A program made the translations under genes and the position numbers. Below the pieces are notes generated by a model, which saw nothing but the letters and a program-made list of their open reading frames with translations, did not search any database and had not been told where the DNA came from. A DNA stretch of 64,000 nucleotides from Euglena gracilis (lineage: Eukaryota), in NCBI GenBank assembly GCA_039621445.1, contig CP154954.1:23138954-23202953 (forward strand), written 5' to 3'. Positions 50,001 to 63,699 of the stretch are shown here, in pieces. Each line of letters opens with the position of its first letter. Position 1 is the stretch's first letter.

Positions 50001-52296
50001 AGCAAACTACACAGCCGAAAAAATGCAACAGATGGTGTTACCCACAGATCAATAGATATTTCACTAAAAAAATGAAGTGAATGATGATGATGCCACTACT
50101 GGGCCCAAAAATGAATATTCCTCAGGTGTTTCTTTTGCTCCGGGGTTAATCCCCCTTGGCTCCCACTTGGACTGAAAACTGAAAACTGTTTCCTGAGCCT
50201 TTAGATGGTTGGCCACAGGGGTCTTTCTTCCTGGCCTGGGTCTAGCCCCACCCTCGGATCCCCTCTTTGCGTGCTTTCCAAAAAAACGTTTGGGGTACGA
50301 GTGGTCCAACATGGGTCTCTACCTTACATAAGGATTTGTAAAAAACCCAGAAAAAATCTCCACAGACTGAAAAATCCTAAAAACTGTGCCGATTCTCCAA
50401 CATATGTCCCTGTCCGGGGGTAAAGTCTCTCTCTGGAAAAACTGTCCAGTGTCAAAAACGACCAGTAAAAACACAAACAAAAATCCCACCTGAGATGTCT
50501 GGTTTGTCCCCATCAGAGATGGTGACACATGTCGAGGCCGTGCCCCACCCCAAATGACATTTGGGACAACCGAAAACTGAAAACTCTGAAGCTGAAAATC
50601 ATTGATCTGGCTGCCTGAACACTAGCAGAAAAATCCAAGCATCGTGGCTGGGTGTCTCCATTTAAGTGGAAAGCAATTGGGGAAGAGCATGCACCCCAGA
50701 AACCAGTTTCAAAATGTTTGACTTGGCTGTTTTTTCATAGCCAAACTCTGTGAACTCAAAATCCAGATATAAACTTATGCTTGAATGCACATCTGCCTCC
50801 AACACCAAATCACCATGAAAAGCGTGTGAAACAACAACAATCACAGACACGGACCACTGAAACGTACTTGACACCTTAAATGCTGTGCTGTGCCAGTCAG
50901 TGGTTAGACCTGTGCTGAAAGAAAAACCACCACCACCACTGATGTGGTGGATACCATCCCCAGTTGTTCCAGGGATTTAAATGACAGTCCGAACCCCACC
51001 AATCTTGAAACCAACCTGGACTTAAAAATTGAAAGTAATTCCAACTGTTTTTTGCAGGTCTCGGAATTTTTTTGCCTGTCTGAATTTCCTTGGCTGTGCG
51101 GCAAAATGTGAGAAATATTTTTCAGAAGACACTGAAGACGGCTGCAAATTTGTGACATGTCCAGAATTCAGGTTCACAGCCACAGGATTTTTGGGACGTG
51201 GTAATCTTTCACTGGGCTGCAACTTTTCAGTGATTTGATGTTCCAATTTTTTTCTCGCTCCGCCAACCTTCCCATTTTTTCATTTGCCACGCTTAATAAA
51301 CATTGAACGTCAACCAGCTGTTTTGTCAAACCTCGTATCTCTCAGACAGGGACAGGAAATAATTCTCAGAACGGACTGAAAGTTCATAACATCAACCTCG
51401 GACAGTTTTGTCCATTCGTTCGATTCGTCGTTCAATTCTTCGACAAAAATCAGCCAGATCAAGTCCCTCAGAATAACTGGGCTCACGCTTGTTGGATCCT
51501 TCCTCAAAATTTTCACAGTGATAAGCCTCAAAAACAAAACAATTGACTTCTGTTTCAGTTTCACCTTTCAGGGATAAAGAACCACCACCTTCAGGATCTG
51601 AACAGATTCTGCTGGCAGAGCCAGCAGAACCAACCCGTCTGCTAACCGTGTTGCGGGGAACTGATTTGTCATCAATAGAATAAAAAAAATTCTTCACTGA
51701 CAGAGTCAGTGAAGCCACCTCTGCGTACCATGTTGGGGGATAGGGACCCTCGCCTCCCGGGGGGGGCTGCTTTCGCCGGGGCCGCAACCACCGGTTTCCG
51801 GCCCTGGTGGGCTCAGGCCAGGGCCTTCGTGAAATTCGGCCCCGTTTTCAAACGTGCCAACCGGCGGTAATGGGGGTGAGGTGTGCCCCCTCGACCCGAG
51901 GTCCCCAGTTGCCCCGCCTAGGATCTGTTGGGTTTTCCCCATTTTCAAACTTTGTACTTTCAGGGTGAATCCACAAAGACAAACAAACCCACCTACTTAG
52001 GTGAACAAATCAACAGCACAAAACAAAAATTGCTGAGAGGATATGCAAGCACCCTGAGTTCACCTGCTGTGTAGGTGGGAAAACAAATTGGAAAGCAATG
52101 GTTTGGTTTTTTTGGATAATTTGAATTTTCCTTTTGATTTCTCAATTCTGTGGTGCCCAGCTGATCTTTCTGAACTCAATTAGCTGGAGTTCCAATTCCA
52201 CTCGCGTGGCGGTTGACTTGCTTTGGTCATTCCTACTGGGGTTTTTTGGCTATTTTCTTGGAATTTTTTGGCTGCCGACGCCAGCGGCAGCCGACA
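47062..52296 (-). mobile_element. Element D: non-autonomous LTR element (LARD-like)
   Basis: LTRs at 47062-47660 and 51731-52296 (TGTTGG...CCGACA). PPT GGAGGGGG at 47661-47668. PBS TGGTACGCAGAGG at 51718-51730. No RT or integrase motifs seen in the 4-kb interior. Flanks TTGG/TTTG could be a TSD with one mismatch. Confidence 0.9.
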
Positions 52297-52472
52297 TTTG
52301 CCCCAGAATGTCCCGATACTCTCCCCGTTGGAAGGCGGAGCAGAGTAGACAGAGGAGCAGCAGCAGTGGGAGGAACGATGGTCGGAACCTTAGGCGTCTG
52401 AATGTGGACAGTAACCTCCTGGAGGTGACTACAAGCGGGACAAGGTGTTCACCGACATCAACGCGACCGCAG

Positions 52473-52809
<337 letters not shown>

Positions 52810-52849
52810 GACATCCAGACAGCCAAACGACATTTCACCGCAACGACAT

Positions 52850-55800
52850 TTCACTGAGGCGTCATCATCATCTTCCAGTGGTGCAGCCATCGACACCGCG
52901 ACAATACACACAATCAGCAACCACGATGTGCCAATCACCGTCGTCCACAGCGAGTTCCAGTTGGTGCAGGAGCAGATCAAGATGGAAACGGTGACGCGAA
53001 ACAGCGACATCCGGGCGGTAGTACAAATGATGCGGCGCGAACACGAGCATCAAGCAGAAAACGCTGACGGAATACACAACAACCTGTACAGAACCCAGAG
53101 ATGCAGGTGGCAATGAACTGAATGACAGTGCATGTCCAAGAAATTGAACAATTGAAAGATCCACTGAAATGGGCAACAGTGGAGGACGTGACCGCCATTA
53201 AGAAGGTGGTGGAGGCGATAAAACAAGCAGATACAGGTGGCGATAATGACGAAGTTGATCCCAGAGATGAAGCAAAAACAACACACAACGCAACTCCAAC
53301 AACGGACCACACAAGACACCCTCATCCAGGAATTTGTATTCATTGTTCAGGCCCTCGAGCAGAACAACCAGCAGTTCAAGCGCGAGGCGACGGAGTACAT
53401 CCGGGAGCTCGAGATCCAGGTGAGATACCTCCAGCACCTTGGGGGTACAAGCTCTGGAAACCTCCATGGACAGCTCCAACGATGAGAAGGACAGAGACCT
53501 TCTCTGACTGAGCAAGAAGATCGAGGCGTCAGACGAGGCACTTGCAACGGCTATGGAGCGGGGGAACAACAAGATGCACGAGGGGATCAAACGACTTCAA
53601 CTCCAAAAACAACCACCACAATCAACGGATGAGGTTAAGGACGGCATCAAACAGTTGCGGGAGAGAGTGCTCCATGGGGAGGGAGCGTTCTCCATGGCCA
53701 TCAAGAAAGCAAGGACACAGCTCAGGGAGACACAGAGGGACATCAAGCTAATCCGGCGAAAATCAGCAACATCAAGAGAGGTGAACAGATGGAGCTAGAA
53801 GTGCAGGATCTGGCGAGAGACAAGTCGCACGGTTACTGCTCAGCACAGGAACGCCCATCAGAGACTGCACATTTCCGTGAAGAAGTCCGTCAAGGTGCTG
53901 AGGTCCACACATTCACGTCCCAACCGTACCCAGAAACACAAGCACGACGAACAATCTTCGTTGCGGTGCTACCGGGGCAAGGGTTGTCGACAAAGGGCAC
54001 GCGATCAGTGGTGCAGGGTGAAGCAGTGACACCAATTCCAGTTCAATCAGTGATGCCAATGACACAAGTGACAGAGCCACGCATGAGCACAACAGGAACG
54101 GCCGAGCGGGAGATGGAAGCGACCATCGCCACCGTGCAAGCACACACCGTTTGTGCATAACCGCAACTCCTACCCACGAAACTCCTGGAGACGGTCAGTG
54201 GCAGACATCCCGGAATGCTCAGTAGGAGTGCAGAGACTGTCCAATGTGGAGAAGAAAGTGGACTCATTTTCTGCGATAGACGGAAGAACTGATGCAGGCA
54301 ATGACCGATGCACAGCGATTCGTGTTTCTGCGTGAACTCGATGAGGAAGAAACGGTGCATGACTTGTCCACGAGTTTGGATAAAATGTCCACGCAGGTAC
54401 CGGTAAGCGCCGCGGTTGGTATTCCAAATGTCCCGGAATTGCGTTCTCAAACTACTGTTTCTGGAGTAGGAAGCCCTACATCCACCGCGAATCTGGTACA
54501 ACCACCCGCAAAAACGCGAATTGTACCACCTTTGCTTTTGCCCACACCACAAACCCACCTTTCACAGGACATTTCCGATGAGAAAATTGATCCACCGCTC
54601 GACTATTACAGTCTCCACCAAGAAATTCAACGTTCCAACCTTGTACGAGGAATGAGCCAACACCCCACACCCGGTATTGGTCGTGTGTCGCACTCGCGAT
54701 CAGACTAACCACCAACGGGTTGTGGAATACTAGATCACCCGTCGGGTTTTCGGCGGGAAACTCGGCTCACCGGGAGAATTTCACCACATTTTTCGAAATT
54801 CCCGCAGGAAAATCCTGCTACCCCTACATTTGGTGCAGAAAATCCTGCGCGGGGTACAAATGGAGCGGAAAATCCGCGAAACGTGTTTGGTGCTAAGAGT
54901 TACCCGGACCCTGGAATACAACCGAAGGTCAGCGGGTTACTCAGAGAGACTTCAAGGGCACCATCACAATCGCGAACAAGGTGAAACCCCAATGGGACGG
55001 GGATCGAACCACATGGAGACAATTTTTTCGGGACTGGGAGTACTACTGGGCACTCAAGGGACCCACCCAAGACCTGAATCAAGAGCGCGCACGCAACTTG
55101 GTGATACGCAATGGCGTATCACTTGATGACCTGGTTGAGCAATACGCTTCAACCAACTCGAGTGTGGTAACCAGGATTACCATGGAGAAGAAATGGGGAC
55201 AATGCGCGCCACCGGATCGCAAATGGAAATCTTTGGTATGCCAAATGGTTAGCACTTGCTTCAGAAGTTGATGAACTTAGCGAGAGGCAAATGCGCGAAC
55301 AATTCGATGCAGTGTTGTTGCATTTCACACCATCCCTCGTGAAGGATATCCATCGCGAGGAGTTGGCAGGGCATGAGATGACCCTTGCTCAACGTTGGAA
55401 TTATTTTTCAAAGCAACTCAAGCTCACACAAGTTTTGGGACAATTACAGTCCGCTTTCCAAACGCGTCCCACCGCGTGAATCCCTGCGAGGGCGGTCAAT
55501 GCGTTGCAAAAATAACCCATGTCACCAAGATCACCCACCACGGGACCGAAAACGTGGAATCAGCGTTCTTTGGACCAAGACATGGACAAACTGTGTTTTT
55601 TGTGTAAGAAAACTGGTCACATGTCTCCGGAATGCCCGAATCCCGGTGCGCGAAAGCGTATTGGAAGCCCAAGGGGCTCGACCTCCTCACGGGGATCGGG
55701 TTCCTCGACGTTTTCACAACAATCAGGAGTTTCACGTTCTTCGGAGAACCGCTTTAGCGGTGGTAGGCCCAAGTCCCCATCGCGTGATGGTCGGGAAACC

Positions 55801-56900
55801 CGTCCTTCTCGCGGTCGGTCACCTGGACCCCCTACCCGAAAACGGGATTTCAATCACGACTCTTCACGATCTTGTTCGCGAAGTGGATCATCTTCTTCGC
55901 GGGAGTCACCGGGGAAACCCCGGTACACCGGTCATGGTCGACGGGAAACCCGTTCGCCACGACGGTTCGACGGAAGAACGGAATACCGTTCCCCCCGGTA
56001 TGCGGAATCCCTTCTCGAATCCCGTTGTTCACTTTGTGGTTCCAAAGACCATCACTCATCCAAATGTGCCAGATCTCGTCCCCCTTGGCCCGGCTACGGA
56101 ATCGCGGTAAGCGCTGCGAGGACCGTGGTAACTCCTCCAACCGGGAAAAAAGCCGGTTTCAAAATATATTGTTTGGAGGAGGACACAGCGGCTTCAGGAA
56201 GGGAGGGGGATGAGACCTCGGACGGGGAATTTAATGAGGCCCGAATGGCGGTGCGCTCATTGAATTCCATCTATTCCACCAAAAGTCCGTTGCCGGCTAT
56301 GCGGCCGGTTCGGACTTGGAGTAGGGGGGCCCGAGGTCCGAGGGCACGGACCTCTGGGCTGATGAACAGATGGAGGTAAGACCTGATCAACCTTACCCCC
56401 CCTGCCCATCCGCCTTCACGGTCGGTACCCGGAATTATTTCGGGTCCCTACCTCCCAGTCATTTTTTCCGCTCGAAATGTTGAGCAAAGTAGGAAAGGGT
56501 TCATGGGAAAGTTGGCATGCAAATGTATTTCCGCCATACCCTTCACTTTGCGTACCACCAATGGAATTTCTCGTCCAAGCGGACATCCGCATTCAGAATT
56601 TCTCCACCAAAGTTAAAATTTTAATTGACACTGGTTATCACATTGTACTGCTTTTTCGGTTGGGGTTGATACCGACCCCGCTCTTGGTAAGCGCCAAGAA
56701 ACCGAATAAAATTACAACCCGCGGATAAAACCCCCATGTGCGGTGGTCATTTGGGATGTGTGCTCCAGATACTCTTGCCCATCATTCCAAAGCATCACTC
56801 ACCCCCCCCCCCCCGCAATTACAACATTTCACCAATATTTGGGGTTACGAGTCCGGAATTCATGGGTCTGACGTAATCTTGGGATACCCATTTTACGCCA
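52850..56900 (+). pseudogene. gag: Element E gag-protease, heavily decayed
   Basis: Coiled-coil-like fragments. KPQWDGDRTTWRQFFRDWEYYW is capsid-like. Knuckles CFLCKKTGHMSPEC and CSLCGSKDHHSSKC. Protease VKILIDTG and DVILGYPF. Confidence 0.82.
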
Positions 56901-57679
56901 GTACCGATTGGTTGTGGATTGCCACTCCCACGGTTTGCGCACAGCACCCACCACTTCAATGCCACCCAAACCACCATCACCGTTGGAATTCACTATGATG
57001 ACCACCAGTTTTCCAACACCGTTACCCACAATTGCAACACCATTATCCACCACACCAACAACCGTTTTCCACACCCGGGGTACGGAGAAAGCCTCCCCCC
57101 TGCCCAATGACACACCTACGTGCGTTCCACACGAGGTAGGGCAAGCGAGTAGCGTACCCCCGCCGTTACACTGGGTTCCAAGGCGAAAGCCCAAAGGCCT
57201 GCAGTGGTCACGGTGTCGAGTAGTCGCCCAGCGACACCAGCAACTCCGTTTCCCACCAGTCATGCCGAATCCAGGCACACCAGTACAAGACTCACCGGCT
57301 AATGCCATCGACACCTACTTACACGCACACCCGTCACACCATCACACTTCCTTCCAATGTGTGCACTGCAGGAGAATTTCCACCCAATCGGACTTCGATT
57401 GTGGATGTTTAGTTCAAAATCCAACACTAATCGCAATTCCGAAAACGGAATCCACACACAAGGCTACACTTGGTTGTACCCCGCAATGCGCGGAGATACA
57501 CCGAGTACTCCAACAACGCGGATTAGCCTCGTTGTTTGGAAACACGAAAAGCATCATTCCTAATCACCTTCCCGAGTACACTTGGTACGAGTTTGATGCG
57601 GAATGGGGAACGCCCCAGCCTGTCCAAACTCCCCTGGGATTAACCCTTGAGCGTCGACGTGCATCGCCGCGGGCGGATT

Positions 57680-58900
57680 TTACGACCTAGGAGAGCGGCG
57701 CTGTGGCTGCGGCGTCAGATTGTCTGGGCCGCGGTCACGTTTGCCGGCGGCAGAGCATGTGGGTTGTGCCGATGGCGCTTCCGCCACAGGAACATCCCGC
57801 TGTCGCGCTGGTTGACTTGATCGTGATGAAGCTGGCACTCCGGTCAGAGCCGATACAGCAGCGTCATACTGCTGGCACGCTTCCATCGTCATTTTCGCCC
57901 GGGCAGGATATTCTTGGCCAGTGGAAACAGGGGGCGACGTGCGAATTGCCTTAGGATTGTCACGGCATATTCATACTGTTGATGCTCCTCCTCGGACTCG
58001 AACGGCCGGCCAGTCCACGGGTTAACGGGTTCATCCCGTACCGGAGGGACTGGTGCCGCACAAGGCGCTGCCGCGGCTTCCCGCGGACGAGCGCTTCGGG
58101 CAGTATCAGACGTCGGGGGAGGGTTTCCCTCCACAGGACGTCGTGGCAAAGGGTCAGGAATGGTTGGGTGGGGTTGAGGTGGATACACGTACTGATCCGG
58201 TGGCATTGGTGCCTCCTGGGCGTAATCCCCAGATACGGTGTACTGAGACACAATCTCCTGCGCAGGATAATCCCGCCCGGGCACGTGCTCAGGGGATCAA
58301 AAAATTCTTTCTTTCACACGTGGGTGTTCACTCCGGACAGGTGCTTTTCCTGTCTCTTCCTCGGGAAATCCTGCGGAGTGAGCACGAAAGTGGGCGGTGT
58401 AAGTAACAACTGGTGGTACCTGTCGTGCTACCTGTGGCGGGACTTCCACGCCCTGGTCACGCAATGTCCGCCGCGAATCCCCACGTGTCCGGGTCGGTGT
58501 TATACACCAAACCGGTCATCTTCGCCTGGAAGCACATACACCACAGCGCTGGAGGGGTATTCGCGATGGTCAAAATTTTACGGCAGTGGTCATCCCACAA
58601 TGCCTGGGTGAGGTGGTCTGGTGCCGCGTTTGCGCTCATATGCATAACCCGGTTCATCGTCTCCGCCGTGCGGTGGATCATCACACCCGCATACGGTGGG
58701 AGGCGACGAGAGCCTGACGGCTGAGATGGCCGCGCTTCCGCGGACATCGGGGTCATCCTGCTACTGCTGCGGGCTTCAGGGGTTCTCTGAGCCGCAGTCC
58801 GTGCAGGTAGCTGCGTACCGTATCGGTACGCATACTGGTCATGTGGAGGGTGAGTGGTGGGGTGGTAAGGCGGTCCTCCGCCTGGCTCCTTTCCACCGGG
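57680..58900 (-). other. Fragmented ORF(s) of unknown function downstream of element E pol
   Basis: Successive same-strand ORFs 58457-59161, 57889-58284 and 57680-57892 with protein-like composition. Confidence 0.4.
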
Positions 58901-59199
58901 CAGCATGATACCGCCCGGTGTCGGTACGGTGGGATGGTTGTGTGGTCGGTTGTGTTGGCAATGGTAACCGCTTGAGTATGATTTGCTAAAAAGTCTGCGG
59001 AAGGAAAGAATGATAACAATCAATGAAAGAAGGAAGAGAGGGATGGTTGGGTTGTTGGTTGTAAGTTGGTAAAGGTAACCGTTTGAGTATTGCTTGGCAA
59101 AAAAAATTTGCGAAAAGAAAAAATGATAAGAATCAATGATAAAAAGGGGAGAAACCAACATGAGTTTCCCACGCGTTCTTAAAAACTTGTCATGGAAAC

Positions 59200-62100
59200 A
59201 GCAATGTTATGCTTCTTGTTCCACAGCTTCCAGTCTTGCTGGAAAGACACAAAAAAACTGGTTGCTGGCTCCCAAGTGTCCTCCTCGGGCCCATACCCTT
59301 TCCAGCGGACCTTCCAAAGGTGCATACCTTTGTCGATTTTGTGAATAATAATTTTACCGACTACAAAGTCGTCCGTCTCAGGTGATCTGGAACGGGGCTG
59401 GAAGTGCAGACACGGGATGGGTTTCCCATCCGGTGGCTACAGGTATGGTTTGAAGTCGTCCATATGAACGTCCTCAACACCATTCAGTAATGCGGCCTTG
59501 TAACGCCCGCTGGTACCTAGTCTTTCTGGGATTTCACAGGGGCCGAGCCAGATGGGGTCCAGCTTCTAAGACTGCATGCGAGTACGGCTATTCCGAACCC
59601 ACACGCGGTCACCGGGACTATACACAGGTGACTTGAAATTCTGCAAAAAAGATTTCCGTTTAGTTGCATGAATTTCAGTGACTCGCTTCTGGATTGCAGA
59701 ACGTAGATTTTCTACTTCCGCAAACCAGGTCTCGAAACTGACACTCGTTCGGGCGGGTGTCTCCGAAAGGATATCCCCTATGGCCGGAGGGTCCCGTCCG
59801 AAAACTAATTTATAGGGGGAGTGAGGTAAAATTAACCCTGGTAGGGTATTGATAAAACAAGGACCATTATAGCACTGACATCCAGTTGCTGCGCGAGTCA
59901 GCCAGAGAAAGGCGAAGAAATAAAATGGTCTTGATCACTCACAGTCTCATTCGGTAAACCCATTAAGCAAATTCATTTCTCCAAAAATATAGTTGCCAAA
60001 CTTTGGGCAGTCAACCCTGACTTCAGGCATGGAATGGCTATAATGCACCCACTCAGCCTGCAGACGACAACAAAAAGGTAATCGTAAATTTTGTCGTCCG
60101 TTCCTGTGCACGGTTCCAATTCCAGAAAATACATGTAGAGGAATGTAAAAATGTCAGGGGGTACGGGGAAAAAGTACATCGTACCAGGGGGGGTACCTCT
60201 GCGGGGTTTTACCGCTTGATAAATTTGACACCGTTGCGCTATGCGCAAAAAGCGTGAGTACAGCTCTTTCTCGCTCAGGGCTTTGCAGTACCAGCGGCCC
60301 ACCAACGAAATAAGTTTGGGGGCCCCAGGGTGACCGTGGTTGTGATAGCACAAAATCACATCATCAACCAGGTCCTTTGGGGATACAATATTTATAACCC
60401 GGTTCATTGCGAAAAAAACAACCGTAAAGGTGAAAGAGTGTAATTCTCCAGCACTTCGCCATTACGAACTCTGGTGACCATGGTGTCATACACCGGATCA
60501 CGACTATAATCTCATTCTCGAAAGAACAGTGGGGAAGGGGACTCTGTGTGCGTAATACGCCCAGGTCCGGACGTGCTTCCACGTCGACGCCTTCCACGCA
60601 CTGATGCGACTAGGAATAGTTGTGAAACCGGGAAAAGCATCCAAAAGATTGTCCGCAGCGTCGTTTCGACGTGCGTATTCGTCAGCTTCCTGACTTCCAT
60701 GAAAAGTCGCGTCTCCCTCGTCCGGGTTCCCAGGGTAATACAAAGGGGCCCGACTCAGCGGATCCGCTACTTTTTGTGTGTGACCAGGGGTATAAATAAC
60801 CACAAGGTTGAATTGACACAAGAACTCATGCCACCTGCATCGCCTTCCGACCGATGACATGGCCTTGTTTAAATCCTCGTTGTACCAGTGTTGAAGACTC
60901 TCATGGTCGGTCTTGACGAGGATCTGGACGAGGCTGCTGGCTACCCAGATTCGGAATTTCTGGAGTATAAGCACGATTGCTTAGGTTTCCTTCTTCACTT
61001 GACTTGACCTTTACCGTCGTCGCCCTGTAGCTTTCTCCTGAAGAAAGCCACAGGTCGAAGTTCATTCGCTGCGTCTTGCTGGCTAAGAACTCTGCCAACA
61101 GCGTAATCGCTGCTGTCTACTTCCAGCACGTATGGTTTGAATGGGTCCGCGATTTCGAGGACAACATTCTACAAAAGCAAAACCCTAATTTTCTCAAGGG
61201 CTTCGCACATTTGGTCATCCCAAATGATTTTGGTGTTGTCAACAGCCTGGATTTTGAGCGTTTGGTGAGGGGCACCGCGATTTTCGCGAGTTCCTTCATA
61301 TATATCGCATAATATTGGGATAATCCCAAAAATCCTTTGAGGTGAGTAATTGTTTTGATTACCTCAGGGGTCCATTTCTCAATGGCTTCTAGTTTGCTCG
61401 CAGCGGCTTTCCGGTGTCCATTGCTGAGGACGTGAGCGCAAAATTTTATAAGTTCGCGAAACAAATGCATTTTCGTGCCTTTCGCGAAAAGCACATGTTT
61501 TTGGAAGGCGGTTAGTAGTGTGTGACCAGGATATCCTCGCTCGATTTTGCGGATGGTAGTGGTGTTCCCACCAGCACATCATCAATGTACACAATAGCAA
61601 ACAGTAAGTCACATAAAACGCATTGAATCATGCGTTGAGACATGGCTTGACCATTCTTAATGCCCATGGGGAGTACCGTTCATTGGTACACACCCTTGGA
61701 TGTCACGAATGCCGTGTGTGGTTGGGAGTCAGGGTGCAAGTGCATTTGGTGAAAACCGTCCTCCAGATCGAAAATTGACCACAACCGGTTTTCTGATTGT
61801 TTGGTGATAAAGTCCTCGTTCAGTGGGAGCGGGAAGGGATCATCCCTTGTTTGGGAGTTCAGGTACCGGTAATACAGCACCAGTCTCCATTTCTTCAGAC
61901 CTGAGGGATCTGGGGGTTCAGGAACAACAAATGCCTGGGATGTCCACTCGGTTTTCGAGGGTACAATCCACTTGCGCTGAATAAGGTTCTCAATCATTTC
62001 ATTGAGAGCTTGTTCGCGTTCTCCCGAACATCGAGAAAAATTTTGGTGCATTTTTTGGCTCCTTCCTTCAGCTCGATCTTACAGAACGGACCGCATATCG

Positions 62101-62200
62101 CGGGGTCGATGTCGCACGCGTATACTGCATTTTCCAGCACACCGTGAAATTCGCGGGTGATCCGCGAACAGAATTCGGCTGACTTGGACGCTGACCTGCA
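59200..62200 (-). pseudogene. pol: Element E pol (RT-RNaseH-integrase-chromodomain), heavily decayed
   Basis: KWRLV..RYLN, FDLEDGFHQ, VYIDDV (~61590); LKGFLGL, KTDHESL; YHNHGHPG, CQIYQ, VVVCRLSG. Manual translation of ~59250-59375 gives FVVGKIIIHK..LWKVRWKGYGPEEDTWEP. Confidence 0.92.
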
Positions 62201-62682
62201 CCCTCGATGACTGCGGAAACCACCAGGGTATCCCCTGGGGCTACCGAGTTTCCTCGGCACCGCGAAATCGGACATTCTGAATGCATCGAAGAAACATACG
62301 CGAAAAATGATTTCTTGCAAGGGTGGTAATATTTTACCACAAAAATCGGTACATTAGTGGGCAAATCCCACGAACGAAAACACAGATACGATAGTTGGGT
62401 GAACCATTCCGCTTCTGGAATGATGGGTATGAGAATAACAAGGCATTCCATATGTGTTTCGCGTATTCATGCACCGGATTTCCGGGTTTAAGGGAATAAA
62501 CACAATGAATGGATCCACAAACACGCGGGCTGTCTTCCACTGCTGAGGAGGAAGCCCCGTCAGCGCCAGACGTGACGGCAGAACGGGCACGTCGGGAAAC
62601 CCGACCACCCCCGGTCGCGCCGGTTTAGTCGAATCGTGGTGACGCTGAGCAGGAATTTGCTCGAACGCCCAGCACGGAATCC

Positions 62683-63699
62683 GTGACTTACCCTGTGATT
62701 ATACCAGAAGACCCAGAGTACCCGGATTACTGGGCAACATTCGAATGGCTGTCGGGCACAAAGGGTAAGGGCAAAGGAAAGGGCAAGGGTAAGGGGCAAG
62801 GAAAAGGCCAGGAGAAAGGTGGGAACGCGCCACCTGGCAAAGGCGGAAAAGCCGCTTGGCCAGCTCCGTGCAAGGGCGGAAAATCTGCCGGACCCCCAGC
62901 AGGAAAAGGCGGAAAAGCCGCTGACCCTTCGAAAACGAAGGACTATGACGTTGCCTCGATGTTCAAGTACCTTGAGGAGATCTGGCCGAACATCGATGAA
63001 GATCTCCAAAAGTTCACAAAAGCAGCCAACGTGATCCACCGACCACCGGATCCGGTGCTCGAAGTGGTGCAGAATCGTATGAGAGATCACTGCAAACTTT
63101 TATTCTACAGTTCCGAACCTCATGCTGTTGAGGGATACCCTCATTCGAATGAAGTTGTCCTGGAGCGGATGCCCGCTTCTTGGGAGCTGTGGTTCTGGTT
63201 GGGATACCCCTGTCAGAATTTCAGCATTTTTACAAACCGAAACGGTCTGACGTATGTCGATTTTATGACTACTTGTGAAGACGACGAAACGCTCGTCGCA
63301 CAGCTGAAGGAAATCTTCACGCACATGTATTCCGTGGGAGCACTGGGAATCTAGTGGAAATATTACGCCCTGCCGGGGAAACTCCAGGCGCAGGCCGCGG
63401 TAATGTTCACGTGCAATCTCCCAGTATACTTGGACAGCATATATGTTAAACTTTTCAAGGCACTGGACGTCGACCTCGCGTACCCCCAGCGGGACAAACT
63501 GGAATGCCAGTTTTGCAAGGAAGTTCATATTGCTGACTTCTGGGGTTTCGGAGAACGCGGAAAACCGCCTCCGACTGCCGAGAATGCCGGCAGGCAGCCG
63601 ACCAGGAGATTCCAGTGTACGTCTGATCTTCCCTTTTCCCCAAAAAGCCTCGCTTTCGCCTTGGTGCGGACCTACTTAGGGAAGAGAAAATCAGAGTAA
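62683..63699 (+). CDS. Hypothetical protein(s) with a GK repeat, probably an accessory ORF of element E
   Basis: A 223-aa ORF followed, after a stop, by an in-frame 98-aa ORF with a CQFC..H motif. No family recognised. Confidence 0.5.
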
